Source of the DNA: Candidatus Levyibacteriota bacterium
Lineage (GTDB): Bacteria; Patescibacteriota; Microgenomatia; Levybacterales; UBA12049
Assembly: GCA_016432345.1 (NCBI GenBank)
Contig: CP066685.1
Coordinates: forward strand, 48,236 to 112,235
Length of the DNA stretch: 64,000 bases
Direction of reading: 5' to 3'
The position numbers and the translations under genes are program-made. Positions 19,651 to 28,743 of this stretch are shown here, one piece after another (the stretch's first letter is position 1; the number at the start of each line of letters is the position of its first letter). The notes beneath the pieces are model-generated. The model was not told the DNA's origin, made no database searches, and was given only the letters and a program-made list of their open reading frames with translations.

Positions 19651-21399
19651 TCATCGTCTTTCTACATTATACAACGGGCCGACAATTTGAATATTTGCAG
19701 GTGCGCGTAAATTAAACCAGTCTTTAAATTCTGATCCGTTAAAACTTGTCGAACCAGCATCTCCAGAAAGATTGATTGTACTTATTTTACCACTGCCAAA
19801 ATCAGGACTTACCGAAACATCAGAAACATTATTATAAGGAGTAATATTTCTTGACAAAAGTTCTTGTTTTACTCTATTTGCATCCCAAACTTCTCCTCCG
19901 TAAGGATGGGGTTTGTCTGTTTGGTATAAATGGTCTTTAGCCGAAGAATCTACCCGTGCCAAGAGAATAATGTTAACAATATCAGCCACTTCATCAGGTT
20001 TTAACCAGGCAGTTTTGTTGTATTGGTTTCTTGATCCCCAGTCGCAGTAAAACCAGGGAGAATTGGCATGCGAAGGACCATCATAAGCATTATTTCTAAG
20101 ATCGTCAAAACTGTTTATGGAATCAGATGTTGTGTCTTTAGCGTTTTTAGTAAAAGAAGTTCCATTCCAGCCAATGTCGCCTGATGATTTTATATAACCT
20201 CCGTGAGTTGAGGAATACCATGCTTTGATAGGATTTCCTCCTTCAATCATCACCCAACCCTTAGTTATCTCAACTGCTTCGTTCCATTTCCCTCCTTTTT
20301 CGTTTGCTAAAAATACTTGGCAACGGTCAGTCGGGCAAATTGTTCCACTTCCATTATTGGTATAGGCTAATGCGTACGAACGGGCAGCGATAGCTTGCGC
20401 TTTTTGCGCTTCAAATCCTCCTTCGTTGCCCCAAGATTCTGGCATCTCTCCTAAATGTTTTAAGTAATCTTCAATCTTAAATGAACCAAAGCCATCGACG
20501 TTGATGGAAATATCTTGGCTGTAATCTTTTTTCAATTCATAATTTGTGTAATATGTTCGTAAAATGTCCTCGGCGTTTTGCCCTGCCCTTGATCTTCCAA
20601 ATGCGCCGTATTGCGAAAGACCGACTCGGTTGGGAACGCCGTAGGTAAAAAAAGCCAGACGGGGAGAAAATCCAGGATCTTTTTCCCTGTCATCAATGCA
20701 GGCAGGGACGCCTGCGCCAGCAGAGCGGGGGATGCCAAGACTTGCTAATCTTTGAGAGATAATATCTTGTTGTTTTGCCGAAAGTTGGGCGATTTGACTG
20801 GATAGTTTTTGTTGATAGGCTTTGGCACCAGACACAACCTCGTCTAATTTTTTACTTTGTTCGTCCAGAGTTGTTTTAAGTTGCGCCAGTCGGGTTTGTT
20901 CGATCTCAAGCGTTTTCTTTTTTTCCTCAAGATCAGAAATTGTAATGGCAATGTTGGTGATAATGGCTTTATCTTGATCTGCGGCGGCTTTTTGGTAGGC
21001 TAAAATCTGGGTGATTTCGGATGCCGATTGGAAAGAAAAAAAAGTAGCAAGCGGCGAATCGTAGTGGCTACGTATGTAATAATCACGAATTGTCCGGTTT
21101 AAAATTTCTTCCTGTTTGGTTAAATCTTTATAACCTTTATCGATATTTTTTCGTTTTTCTGCGACATCTGATTCGATTTCCAAAACTCTGTTTTTGATAT
21201 CATTGATTCTTTTTTGCAGACTGTTGAGTTCGGATTCAAGCGGGCGTGTTGCTTTAATTGACATATTTAATGCAGATGTTAAATCATTAATTTGCTTGTT
21301 GATGTCATCAAGCTCATCAGATAAAATTTTGGGGGCAAAAAGTGTGATAAAAGAAAAGAGAAAGACGAACAAAAACAATAAAAAAATCAACCGCTTCAT
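19651..21399 (-). CDS. Secreted coiled-coil + SpoIID/LytB-domain protein
   Basis: Signal peptide, coiled coil, EAQKAQAIAARSYA, CQVF, GLSQYGA. Confidence 0.82.
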   Translation of the reverse strand: MKRLIFLLFLFVFLFSFITLFAPKILSDELDDINKQINDLTSALNMSIKATRPLESELNSLQKRINDIKNRVLEIESDVAEKRKNIDKGYKDLTKQEEILNRTIRDYYIRSHYDSPLATFFSFQSASEITQILAYQKAAADQDKAIITNIAITISDLEEKKKTLEIEQTRLAQLKTTLDEQSKKLDEVVSGAKAYQQKLSSQIAQLSAKQQDIISQRLASLGIPRSAGAGVPACIDDREKDPGFSPRLAFFTYGVPNRVGLSQYGAFGRSRAGQNAEDILRTYYTNYELKKDYSQDISINVDGFGSFKIEDYLKHLGEMPESWGNEGGFEAQKAQAIAARSYALAYTNNGSGTICPTDRCQVFLANEKGGKWNEAVEITKGWVMIEGGNPIKAWYSSTHGGYIKSSGDIGWNGTSFTKNAKDTTSDSINSFDDLRNNAYDGPSHANSPWFYCDWGSRNQYNKTAWLKPDEVADIVNIILLARVDSSAKDHLYQTDKPHPYGGEVWDANRVKQELLSRNITPYNNVSDVSVSPDFGSGKISTINLSGDAGSTSFNGSEFKDWFNLRAPANIQIVGPLYNVERR

Positions 21400-21453
21400 A
21401 CAATAGTTGTATTATAACAAATCTCATGTTATACTCCGCCTAGATTCTAGATT

Positions 21454-21996
21454 ATGGAAGTAAAAAAGCGAAACTGGAAGCGTTTTATTATTTTTTTGCT
21501 TGTTCTTTTACTGATTGGCGGCGGTATTTATTTTGGCGCAGTCAGTTTTTTTAATACACCGGAAGAGAAAAAGGCCGAGTCAATAACTCCAACGCAAGAG
21601 CCAACCCCCACAGAAGAAGTATCTCCTACTCCAGAAGAATCGCCAACACCAGAGATAAGTAAAACCCCAACATCAAAACCAACAGCCAATCCAGTAGACA
21701 AAACAACAGGTTTAGACAGAAGCAAGCTATCTGTTGAGGTACAAAATGGCAGCGGGCAAGCTGGCGTGGCAAACAAAGGATCGGATTTTCTAAAAAGCCT
21801 AGGTTATAAAGTAGCAGGCATTGGCAACGCGGATAATTATAATTATGAAGGCGTTGCAATTTTAGTAAAGTCTGATTTTTCAAAGTACTTATCTCTTCTA
21901 AAAACTGATTTATCTTCTCAGTATACAGTAAGCTCAACCTCTGCTGTTTTATCTGCTTCTTCTTCAGCCGACGCTGTTGTGATTATTGGAAAATAG
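21454..21996 (+). CDS. LytR C-terminal domain protein
   Basis: TM, PT-rich linker, VEVQNGSGQAGVA...GNAD...VVIIGK. Confidence 0.82.
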   Translation: MEVKKRNWKRFIIFLLVLLLIGGGIYFGAVSFFNTPEEKKAESITPTQEPTPTEEVSPTPEESPTPEISKTPTSKPTANPVDKTTGLDRSKLSVEVQNGSGQAGVANKGSDFLKSLGYKVAGIGNADNYNYEGVAILVKSDFSKYLSLLKTDLSSQYTVSSTSAVLSASSSADAVVIIGK

Positions 21997-22024
21997 CTTT
22001 TCCTTTATGATACGATTGTATCTA

Positions 22025-23035
22025 ATGAAAACATTTGATGTTATTACCATAGGTAATGCGGTTGTTGACCTTTTTTTGGTGATTCACGATGCAAATGCTT
22101 CGATGCGGGTTGATAAGGAATTAAATGAATTATGTGTCAAGGCAGGAGAAAAGATTGAGGTAGACAGATGTGATGTAATGCTTGGAGGCAATGCCGCAAA
22201 TGCTGCGGTTGGGTTGGCAAGAAATGGTTTTATTGTTGGTCTTGCGGCAGAGATTGGCGATGATGAATTTGCCCAAAAAATTGAGCATATCTTGCAACAA
22301 GAAACGGTTGATACGACACTTCTTAAAAAAACAGAAAATGCTGCATCATCCATGACTGTTGGCATTAATTTTCAAAATGAACGAACATTATTTGTAGAGC
22401 ATGTAAAAAGGGAACATCATTTTAATTTTGATAATTTTGATACAAAATGGGTGTATTTAACAAGCTTGGGCAATGAATGGAAGGTTCCGTATGAGCGTGT
22501 TGTTAGGTATGTTAAAAAAACAGGAGCAAGACTGGCATTTAATCCAGGAACTCTGCAGGTACAGGCGAGATATGAAGAAATAAAAAACGCCATGCAGACA
22601 GCAGATATTTTGTTTCTTAATAAAGAAGAAGGTGCTAAAATTTTCAATTTTCAATTTTCAATTTTCAATGAAAACGGAAAAGAAGCAATAAAAAACCTTC
22701 TTAAAAAACTTCAGCAGGCGGGGCCGAAAGTAGTGGTGATTACCGATGGGGAAAATGGTTCTTATGCCATTGATGAGGAGGGGAAGATATGGTTTCTAGA
22801 TGTGTTTCCAGCCACGGTTGTTGAAAAAACCGGAGCAGGAGATGCTTTTGCCTCGGGTTTTATGTCGGCTATTTTAGCAGGAGAATCAGTACAGCAAGCA
22901 ATGTGCTGGGGTGCGGCTAATTCGGCAGCGGTTATCGAGCGCATTGGAGCGCAGCAAGGACTTCTTTCCAGAGAGAAAATAGAAGAAAAGCTTAAGAAAG
23001 CAGATTATTTAGCAAGATATTGCCAGACTGGATAG
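22025..23035 (+). CDS. PfkB family carbohydrate kinase
   Basis: GGNAANAA, NKEE, TGAGDAFASG. Confidence 0.9.
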   Translation: MKTFDVITIGNAVVDLFLVIHDANASMRVDKELNELCVKAGEKIEVDRCDVMLGGNAANAAVGLARNGFIVGLAAEIGDDEFAQKIEHILQQETVDTTLLKKTENAASSMTVGINFQNERTLFVEHVKREHHFNFDNFDTKWVYLTSLGNEWKVPYERVVRYVKKTGARLAFNPGTLQVQARYEEIKNAMQTADILFLNKEEGAKIFNFQFSIFNENGKEAIKNLLKKLQQAGPKVVVITDGENGSYAIDEEGKIWFLDVFPATVVEKTGAGDAFASGFMSAILAGESVQQAMCWGAANSAAVIERIGAQQGLLSREKIEEKLKKADYLARYCQTG

Positions 23036-24186
23036 CTGGATTTGCCATCTGAATTTACCAGCTGGATGCCATAGGTTTTACCTCCTGCAAGATAAGCAGG
23101 GAGGACTCCATAAATCCAGTTGTTTGACCAGGTATAAATAATACTGGCCTGGGTAAAAGGATAGGACGAACTCATGTTGTACAAATTAATTTTGCCTTTG
23201 CCGCCAAAGTTTTGTCCTTTAATAATAAAATATCTTCCCATAGTTGTTGGAGTAATGGACAAAGAAGAAATGCTTGGGTTAGGCATGGTTACAGTAACAG
23301 AAGTTTTGTAAATATTGTTTGCTTCGTTGTTTTCCTTGACTAAATTGAAGCTATCGGCTTTAACGATTACCCGCTTTGTTCCTGCCTGCTTGTAGATAGC
23401 GCAATATCTTAATTTGACTGTTACGCTCTGGCCTGCTTTGACCTCGTTAACAGAGGTTGTACAAGTTCTTAATCCCTGGACATCGACGCTTATATAAATT
23501 TTGTTGTCCCAGACGGGGTTATTAACCCTGGCATCAGCATTGCCGATGTTTTTAATGGTGATGTTGAAGTCGTTTGTTAAGCCGACAGCCGGCGGGGTAT
23601 TGATATTGGCAGGCATAACTTGGGTAACAATAAGGTCAGGTTTGGCAACAGGAGATGGGGTTGCAGAGGGGGTGGAAGTTGGAGTAGGCAACACTATTAT
23701 ACCAGTATCTGTTAAAGTAATTGTGTACTGGACTGTTGGTCCGTCATGCCAACTACTATACTGGTAGTATTGAATTATAGCTGATCCTGTATAGATACCG
23801 TTTGGTTTGTTGGTATTAATATAGGTTCTAATTGTGGCTGAAGAACCAGAATTGATTCCTCCTGAGGACTCATAGAAACCCTGGCCCTGGGTGGGCTGAT
23901 TGTATTTAATCTGCCATCCTGTTGCCCCGCTGCTGGTGATAGTAAACCCCGGGCCGTATATTAAACCGTCCTGAGCGTTAACTCTGGCTAAATTAACATT
24001 TACAGAATTAGTGTCAACTGAAATGCCGGAAGTTGGTATTGGAAGCGGAATACTAATTGGAGAAGAGACAGGAGGATTATCTGTGGCATAAACAGCAAAA
24101 CTAAGCGGCATTATAATTGCTTCAAATAAAGCAGATAAAACAACCATTATGACCAAAAAGATAGACTTTTTTGAGGCTATTTTCAT
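23005..24186 (-). CDS. Secreted CARDB / IPT-like surface protein
   Basis: PDLIVT..IKNIG..E.NE.NN CARDB motif; PSISSL..G.NFG IPT. Confidence 0.7.
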   Translation of the reverse strand: MKIASKKSIFLVIMVVLSALFEAIIMPLSFAVYATDNPPVSSPISIPLPIPTSGISVDTNSVNVNLARVNAQDGLIYGPGFTITSSGATGWQIKYNQPTQGQGFYESSGGINSGSSATIRTYINTNKPNGIYTGSAIIQYYQYSSWHDGPTVQYTITLTDTGIIVLPTPTSTPSATPSPVAKPDLIVTQVMPANINTPPAVGLTNDFNITIKNIGNADARVNNPVWDNKIYISVDVQGLRTCTTSVNEVKAGQSVTVKLRYCAIYKQAGTKRVIVKADSFNLVKENNEANNIYKTSVTVTMPNPSISSLSITPTTMGRYFIIKGQNFGGKGKINLYNMSSSYPFTQASIIYTWSNNWIYGVLPAYLAGGKTYGIQLVNSDGKSSYPVWQYLAK

Positions 24187-24334
24187 AGATAACGATAGAT
24201 AATAACATAAAAAAATCTTCTTGTCAAGTACTATGGGGTTGGGTCTCTTTTTCGCGGATTGACGTTGTTTATTGATACTTGTTATACTTAGCAAAAGAGA
24301 AGGAAATTAAATGTAAGAGGTTGATAAGAAAAAG

Positions 24335-24793
24335 ATGCTAATAAAAATCTATCTTGCTACCGACCATGCCGGTTTTACACTTAAAGAAAAAGTCAAAGAG
24401 TTTCTGCAGACAGAGGGATGCGAAGTAATAGATTGCGGGGCATATGCGTACGACAAAAATGATGATTACCCAGATTTTATTGTAAAAGCGGCAAGTGAAG
24501 TTTCTAAAGATCCAAAAAATAATCGAGGAGTAGTTTTTGGCGGCTCTGGCCAGGGAGAAGCAATGGTTGCGAATAAATATAAAAATGTGAGGGCTGTTGT
24601 GTATTATGGCGGAGAAACAAAGATTATTTCTCTTTCTCGAGAGCATAATAACGCCAATGTGCTTTCGATTGGCGCGCGGTTTGTTGATGAAAAAGAAGTG
24701 TTAGAAGTGGTAAAGCAGTGGCTAGAAACACCATTTTCCAACGAAGAAAGACACATGAGAAGGATTGAAAAGATAAATAAAATAGAATGTTAG
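24335..24793 (+). CDS. rpiB: Ribose-5-phosphate isomerase B
   Basis: DHAG, DDYPD, GSGQG, REHNNANVL, RHMRRI. Confidence 0.92.
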   Translation: MLIKIYLATDHAGFTLKEKVKEFLQTEGCEVIDCGAYAYDKNDDYPDFIVKAASEVSKDPKNNRGVVFGGSGQGEAMVANKYKNVRAVVYYGGETKIISLSREHNNANVLSIGARFVDEKEVLEVVKQWLETPFSNEERHMRRIEKINKIEC

Positions 24794-25428
24794 AAATTAT
24801 TCCTGGTATTTTAGAAAAAACTTGGGAAGAAGCGGAGAAGAAGATAGAAATGCTTTCTCCGTTTGCAAAAGTAATGCATATTGATCTGCTTGATGGTAAG
24901 TTTGCTCCTAATACCACATTTTTAGATCCAAAACCATTTAAAAAATATTCCAAAGACATTTTTTTTGAACTTCACATGATGGTCGAGGAGCCGGTGCAAT
25001 ATCTTAAGCCATTTGCCGACGCTGGATTTAGAAGATTTTTAGGACATGTGGAAAAAATGTCTGACCAGGCAGAATTTGTAGCACAAGGACAATTATTAGG
25101 AGAGGTGGGTTTGGCAATTGATGGAAAAACCACAATTGATGATATAAAAGTGCCATATGATGATTTGGATTGTTTGTTAGTAATGACTATCAATGCCGGA
25201 TTTTCCGGACAACAATTTATGCCAAAACATTTGGAGAAGGTAAAAGCTCTGCGGTCAAAAATCCAAAATCAGTTTTTTCCCATAGAGGTTGACGGGGGCG
25301 TAAACGACCTGACAATTGTCCAGGCAAAAAATGCAGGGGCAAACAGGTTTGTCGCCACCAGTTTTCTGTTTGGTCAAGAAAATCCCCAAAAACAATTTCA
25401 GGCTTTATCTCACCGTATTGCTGTATAA
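24787..25428 (+). CDS. rpe: Ribulose-phosphate 3-epimerase
   Basis: HIDLLDGKF, ELHMMV, GFSGQ, VDGGV. Confidence 0.92.
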   Translation: MLEIIPGILEKTWEEAEKKIEMLSPFAKVMHIDLLDGKFAPNTTFLDPKPFKKYSKDIFFELHMMVEEPVQYLKPFADAGFRRFLGHVEKMSDQAEFVAQGQLLGEVGLAIDGKTTIDDIKVPYDDLDCLLVMTINAGFSGQQFMPKHLEKVKALRSKIQNQFFPIEVDGGVNDLTIVQAKNAGANRFVATSFLFGQENPQKQFQALSHRIAV

Positions 25429-25430
25429 GA

Positions 25431-27575
25431 TTATTGGTTTGGAGAGAGCAAAGCGCTGGGGGTGGCGGAATAACGGTAGTTACAGTTGACTGTATTTTCT
25501 GTACCTCTAACAAAGTATTCGATTCGGCCAAGGCAGGGTTTGGTGATAATTCTTGTGGGTAGAATTGGTTTGTTATCTGCCTTTCCTTCAAGGAGTGTAA
25601 CCATAATTTTGTGCCAAATCGGCGCAGCGCCGGTGATACCCGAAGCTAGTTGTTGGCTCATTGGCGAATTGTCGTTATTGCCTACCCAAACTCCGGCAAG
25701 TCGGTCTTTGGTATATCCAAATGTCCAATTGTCTCGTTTGTTATCAGTGGTGCCGGTTTTGACAGATACAGTATATCCAGGAATGTTAAGAGGAGAATTA
25801 GTGCCAAATTCTATTGATCTAGCGTTATTGTCGGCTAAAATATTGGAGAGTACAAATGTAATGTTTTCATCTAGGACCCGCAGTCCCATATTGCCATTTT
25901 TTTCTTCAAGAATGTTGTCTTTGCTGTCGGTAATTTTAAGAACAGGATTTACATCAACCCGTATACCACCATTTGCTAAAACTCCATAGACAGTGGTCAT
26001 ATCTAGCATAGTAACTTCGGCTGCCCCTAGCGTTATAGATAATCCATAATTTTTGGGATCTCCCCAGGTAGTTATGCCCATTTTTTTGCCCATGTCGACA
26101 AATGCCGGTATGCCAATATAGTTAAGGGTCCGAACTGCTGTAATGTTGAAAGAATTTGCTAAAGCAATCCGTAAAGACGGCCTGCCATGAAACTTCCCAT
26201 CGTAATTGACCGGAGAGTAGGAGGGGGCGCCGGGACTGGTGTAGGTAACGGGTGAGTCATCAAGAATAGTTGCTGCCGTGTACCCTTTTTTTAGGGCTGC
26301 TGCGTAGGTAATAACTTTTATGGAAGATCCCGGTTGGCGAGGAGATGTTGTTACATTAACATTTCCATCTTTTTCGTCTTCAAAATTACGGCTTCCCACC
26401 ATGGCTAAGACATCGCCATTTTGAGGATTTGTAACCATGGCCGCGCCATTGGAAAGATTAAGATGCGCATTTTTTGCCACCTCATCGGCCACAATTTTTT
26501 GCGCTTTTTCTTGTAAAGGTAGATCAAGGCTTGTGATTACAGTTAATCCTCCATGTTCAACAAAGGGGAGACCATATTTTTTAATAAGCAGGTCTTTGAC
26601 GTACATTACAAAATGAGGAGCATAGAGCGGCATTTGTGGATGTTTAAAAAATAGTTCTTCTTCGATTGCTTTACTTGCTTCTTCTTGTGTAATATACCCA
26701 AGCTCTTTCATGCGATTGATAACTTCAAGTTGTCGTTTTTTCCATAAGTTTGGGTTTTGTCCAAAAGGGGAATAAATACTTGGCGCCCGAGGGATGCCTG
26801 CTAAAAATGAACTTTCGGCAAGGTTTAAATCTTTAACATGTTTGCCAAAGTAATTTTCTGCCGCTGCCTCAGCACCCCAGGCGGTTCCACCGTAGGGAAC
26901 TTGATTAAAATACATTTCTAAAATTTGAGCTTTGCTAAACATCCGTTCTGCCCAGAAAGCCAAAATAATCTCTTTTAATTTACGAGTTAAGCTTGTTTCA
27001 GGAGTAAGAAGCGCTGATTTAATAAGCTGTTGGGTAATAGTTGATCCTCCCTGGAGTTCTTTCCCGGAAAAATTGGCGACAATGGAGCGGATGATTGCCG
27101 AGATATCAAATCCAAGATGCTTGTAAAAGTCTTTATCTTCAATGGCAATGGTTGCTTCCTGCAATTGTTTTGGAATATCAGCAAGTGAAACAACAGTTCT
27201 ATTTTGATCTGCATATATTTGGTAAAGAAGAGTGTTATTTCTGTCGTAGATTTTGGTGGTTTGTGGTATTTGTCCTAAAACTAATGTTTTGGGACTGGGG
27301 AGGTCTTGGATAAAAATAAGTATAAGAAGAGGCGCGAATATAAAAAAGAAAGAAAAAATAATTCCTAAGGAAAAATATTTAAATTTAAAAAAAAACGGAA
27401 ATGGGAATATAGTAATTTGTTTTGTCTTTTTTTCCTTCTTTTTGGGGATAGTGCCACTACCAAGAAGTATAAAATTGCAAAGCATAAAAATTTTCTGGGC
27501 AAAAAAAATAACACCATCTCCAACAGCAATGAAAAAAAGAAGAATAAAGACAATAAGTGTCCGTATAGAAGTCAT
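25431..27575 (-). CDS. Class A penicillin-binding protein (PBP1A family)
   Basis: EDKDFYKH, GGSTITQQL, RQPGSSIK, KTGT. Confidence 0.93.
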   Translation of the reverse strand: MTSIRTLIVFILLFFIAVGDGVIFFAQKIFMLCNFILLGSGTIPKKKEKKTKQITIFPFPFFFKFKYFSLGIIFSFFFIFAPLLILIFIQDLPSPKTLVLGQIPQTTKIYDRNNTLLYQIYADQNRTVVSLADIPKQLQEATIAIEDKDFYKHLGFDISAIIRSIVANFSGKELQGGSTITQQLIKSALLTPETSLTRKLKEIILAFWAERMFSKAQILEMYFNQVPYGGTAWGAEAAAENYFGKHVKDLNLAESSFLAGIPRAPSIYSPFGQNPNLWKKRQLEVINRMKELGYITQEEASKAIEEELFFKHPQMPLYAPHFVMYVKDLLIKKYGLPFVEHGGLTVITSLDLPLQEKAQKIVADEVAKNAHLNLSNGAAMVTNPQNGDVLAMVGSRNFEDEKDGNVNVTTSPRQPGSSIKVITYAAALKKGYTAATILDDSPVTYTSPGAPSYSPVNYDGKFHGRPSLRIALANSFNITAVRTLNYIGIPAFVDMGKKMGITTWGDPKNYGLSITLGAAEVTMLDMTTVYGVLANGGIRVDVNPVLKITDSKDNILEEKNGNMGLRVLDENITFVLSNILADNNARSIEFGTNSPLNIPGYTVSVKTGTTDNKRDNWTFGYTKDRLAGVWVGNNDNSPMSQQLASGITGAAPIWHKIMVTLLEGKADNKPILPTRIITKPCLGRIEYFVRGTENTVNCNYRYSATPSALLSPNQ

Positions 27576-27625
27576 AAGGGTTTGGGAATTATACTATGAG
27601 ACCAGAATAAAAAAAAGAGGGAAGA

Positions 27626-27949
27626 TTATAGTTGTTGTATATCTGCTTGGATATCTTGGACGTCTGTGTCGGGATTTTCTACATTTATTTGTCCCAGTTC
27701 TTCTTCTGGTGTTTGAACAATTGTTGGAGAAGGCTTTGTAATTGTTGGCTGTTGGATTACTGGTTTAGTCGTGGGAAGCGTTGATGTAGTGGCGGTTCTA
27801 TTTGCAGCAATATATATTGTTCCTGCTCCTAAAAATATAATAAGAAGCATAATTAAAAAGAGTATAAGTCCTTTTCGGCTTCTACCATTTGTTGTTTCAA
27901 CCACAGGTTGTTGAACTGGTTGAGTAAGTTCTGTTTGATTTGAATCCAT
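27626..27949 (-). CDS. Single-TM hypothetical protein
   Basis: One TM and a T/P-rich region. Confidence 0.65.
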   Translation of the reverse strand: MDSNQTELTQPVQQPVVETTNGRSRKGLILFLIMLLIIFLGAGTIYIAANRTATTSTLPTTKPVIQQPTITKPSPTIVQTPEEELGQINVENPDTDVQDIQADIQQL

Positions 27950-27950
27950 A

Positions 27951-28712
27951 TTATTCTTGTATTGTCGAGTTTGTACTGACTGTTGGTTTTTCAACTTTTG
28001 TTATTTTTGCAAGCTCGGCGGCTGCTTTTTGGACAGCCTGTTTGGCATCAACAACTGTTTTATGGGCTATTTGTAAATCTGCTTGTAACTGAGAGGTTGT
28101 TTTTCCAACAGCGCTTTTTAGGGCTTGTTCTGTAGTAATTGTTATGACATATTCTTTACCAGCTTGGGTGGCCACAATGCTTTTGGCGCTTGTGATGCTG
28201 CTTTGCGCTGTTATTATAGCCGCATCTAAGATTGCTGTATTTTTTTCATTTGCTTTTGCTGTATTTGCTTGTTCGGTAATTTTTGTCAGAATAGAGGAGA
28301 GTTTCTCCAGGTTAGCTGTCATAGCATCTATCCGATTGGTATTAACCGCGGAAAGCTTATTATCAATACGTTCTAGTACAACTTTTTTTCTTTCATCTTT
28401 AATTTGGGCTATCTTAAGTTTAAGAGTTTCCCTTTTGGCTTTAAATAATTCTTTTGCTTCTTCTCTTTTTTGCATGATTGTTTCTCGAAGCTCTTTTTTT
28501 TGCTCCAAAATTGCCGCCCGTGTTGCTTGGCGGGTTTCGCGTATTGCAGTCATGCGTTCTTGGGTTTGTTTTTTAATTTCAAGTTGTTTTTCAAGTGCAT
28601 TTTGCCGCTTTTCTTTTTGCGCGGCGCTTTCTGTTTGAGCAATAGTAGAAGGTACAAAAATAAAAGAAAGAAAAACTATTGCAGAAAAAACAATCAGCCG
28701 TTTTTGGTGCAT
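27951..28712 (-). CDS. Secreted coiled-coil protein
   Basis: Signal peptide, long helical repeats. Confidence 0.7.
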   Translation of the reverse strand: MHQKRLIVFSAIVFLSFIFVPSTIAQTESAAQKEKRQNALEKQLEIKKQTQERMTAIRETRQATRAAILEQKKELRETIMQKREEAKELFKAKRETLKLKIAQIKDERKKVVLERIDNKLSAVNTNRIDAMTANLEKLSSILTKITEQANTAKANEKNTAILDAAIITAQSSITSAKSIVATQAGKEYVITITTEQALKSAVGKTTSQLQADLQIAHKTVVDAKQAVQKAAAELAKITKVEKPTVSTNSTIQE

Positions 28713-28743
28713 ATAATAACCTTAGTATATTTTTTTCTCTCTG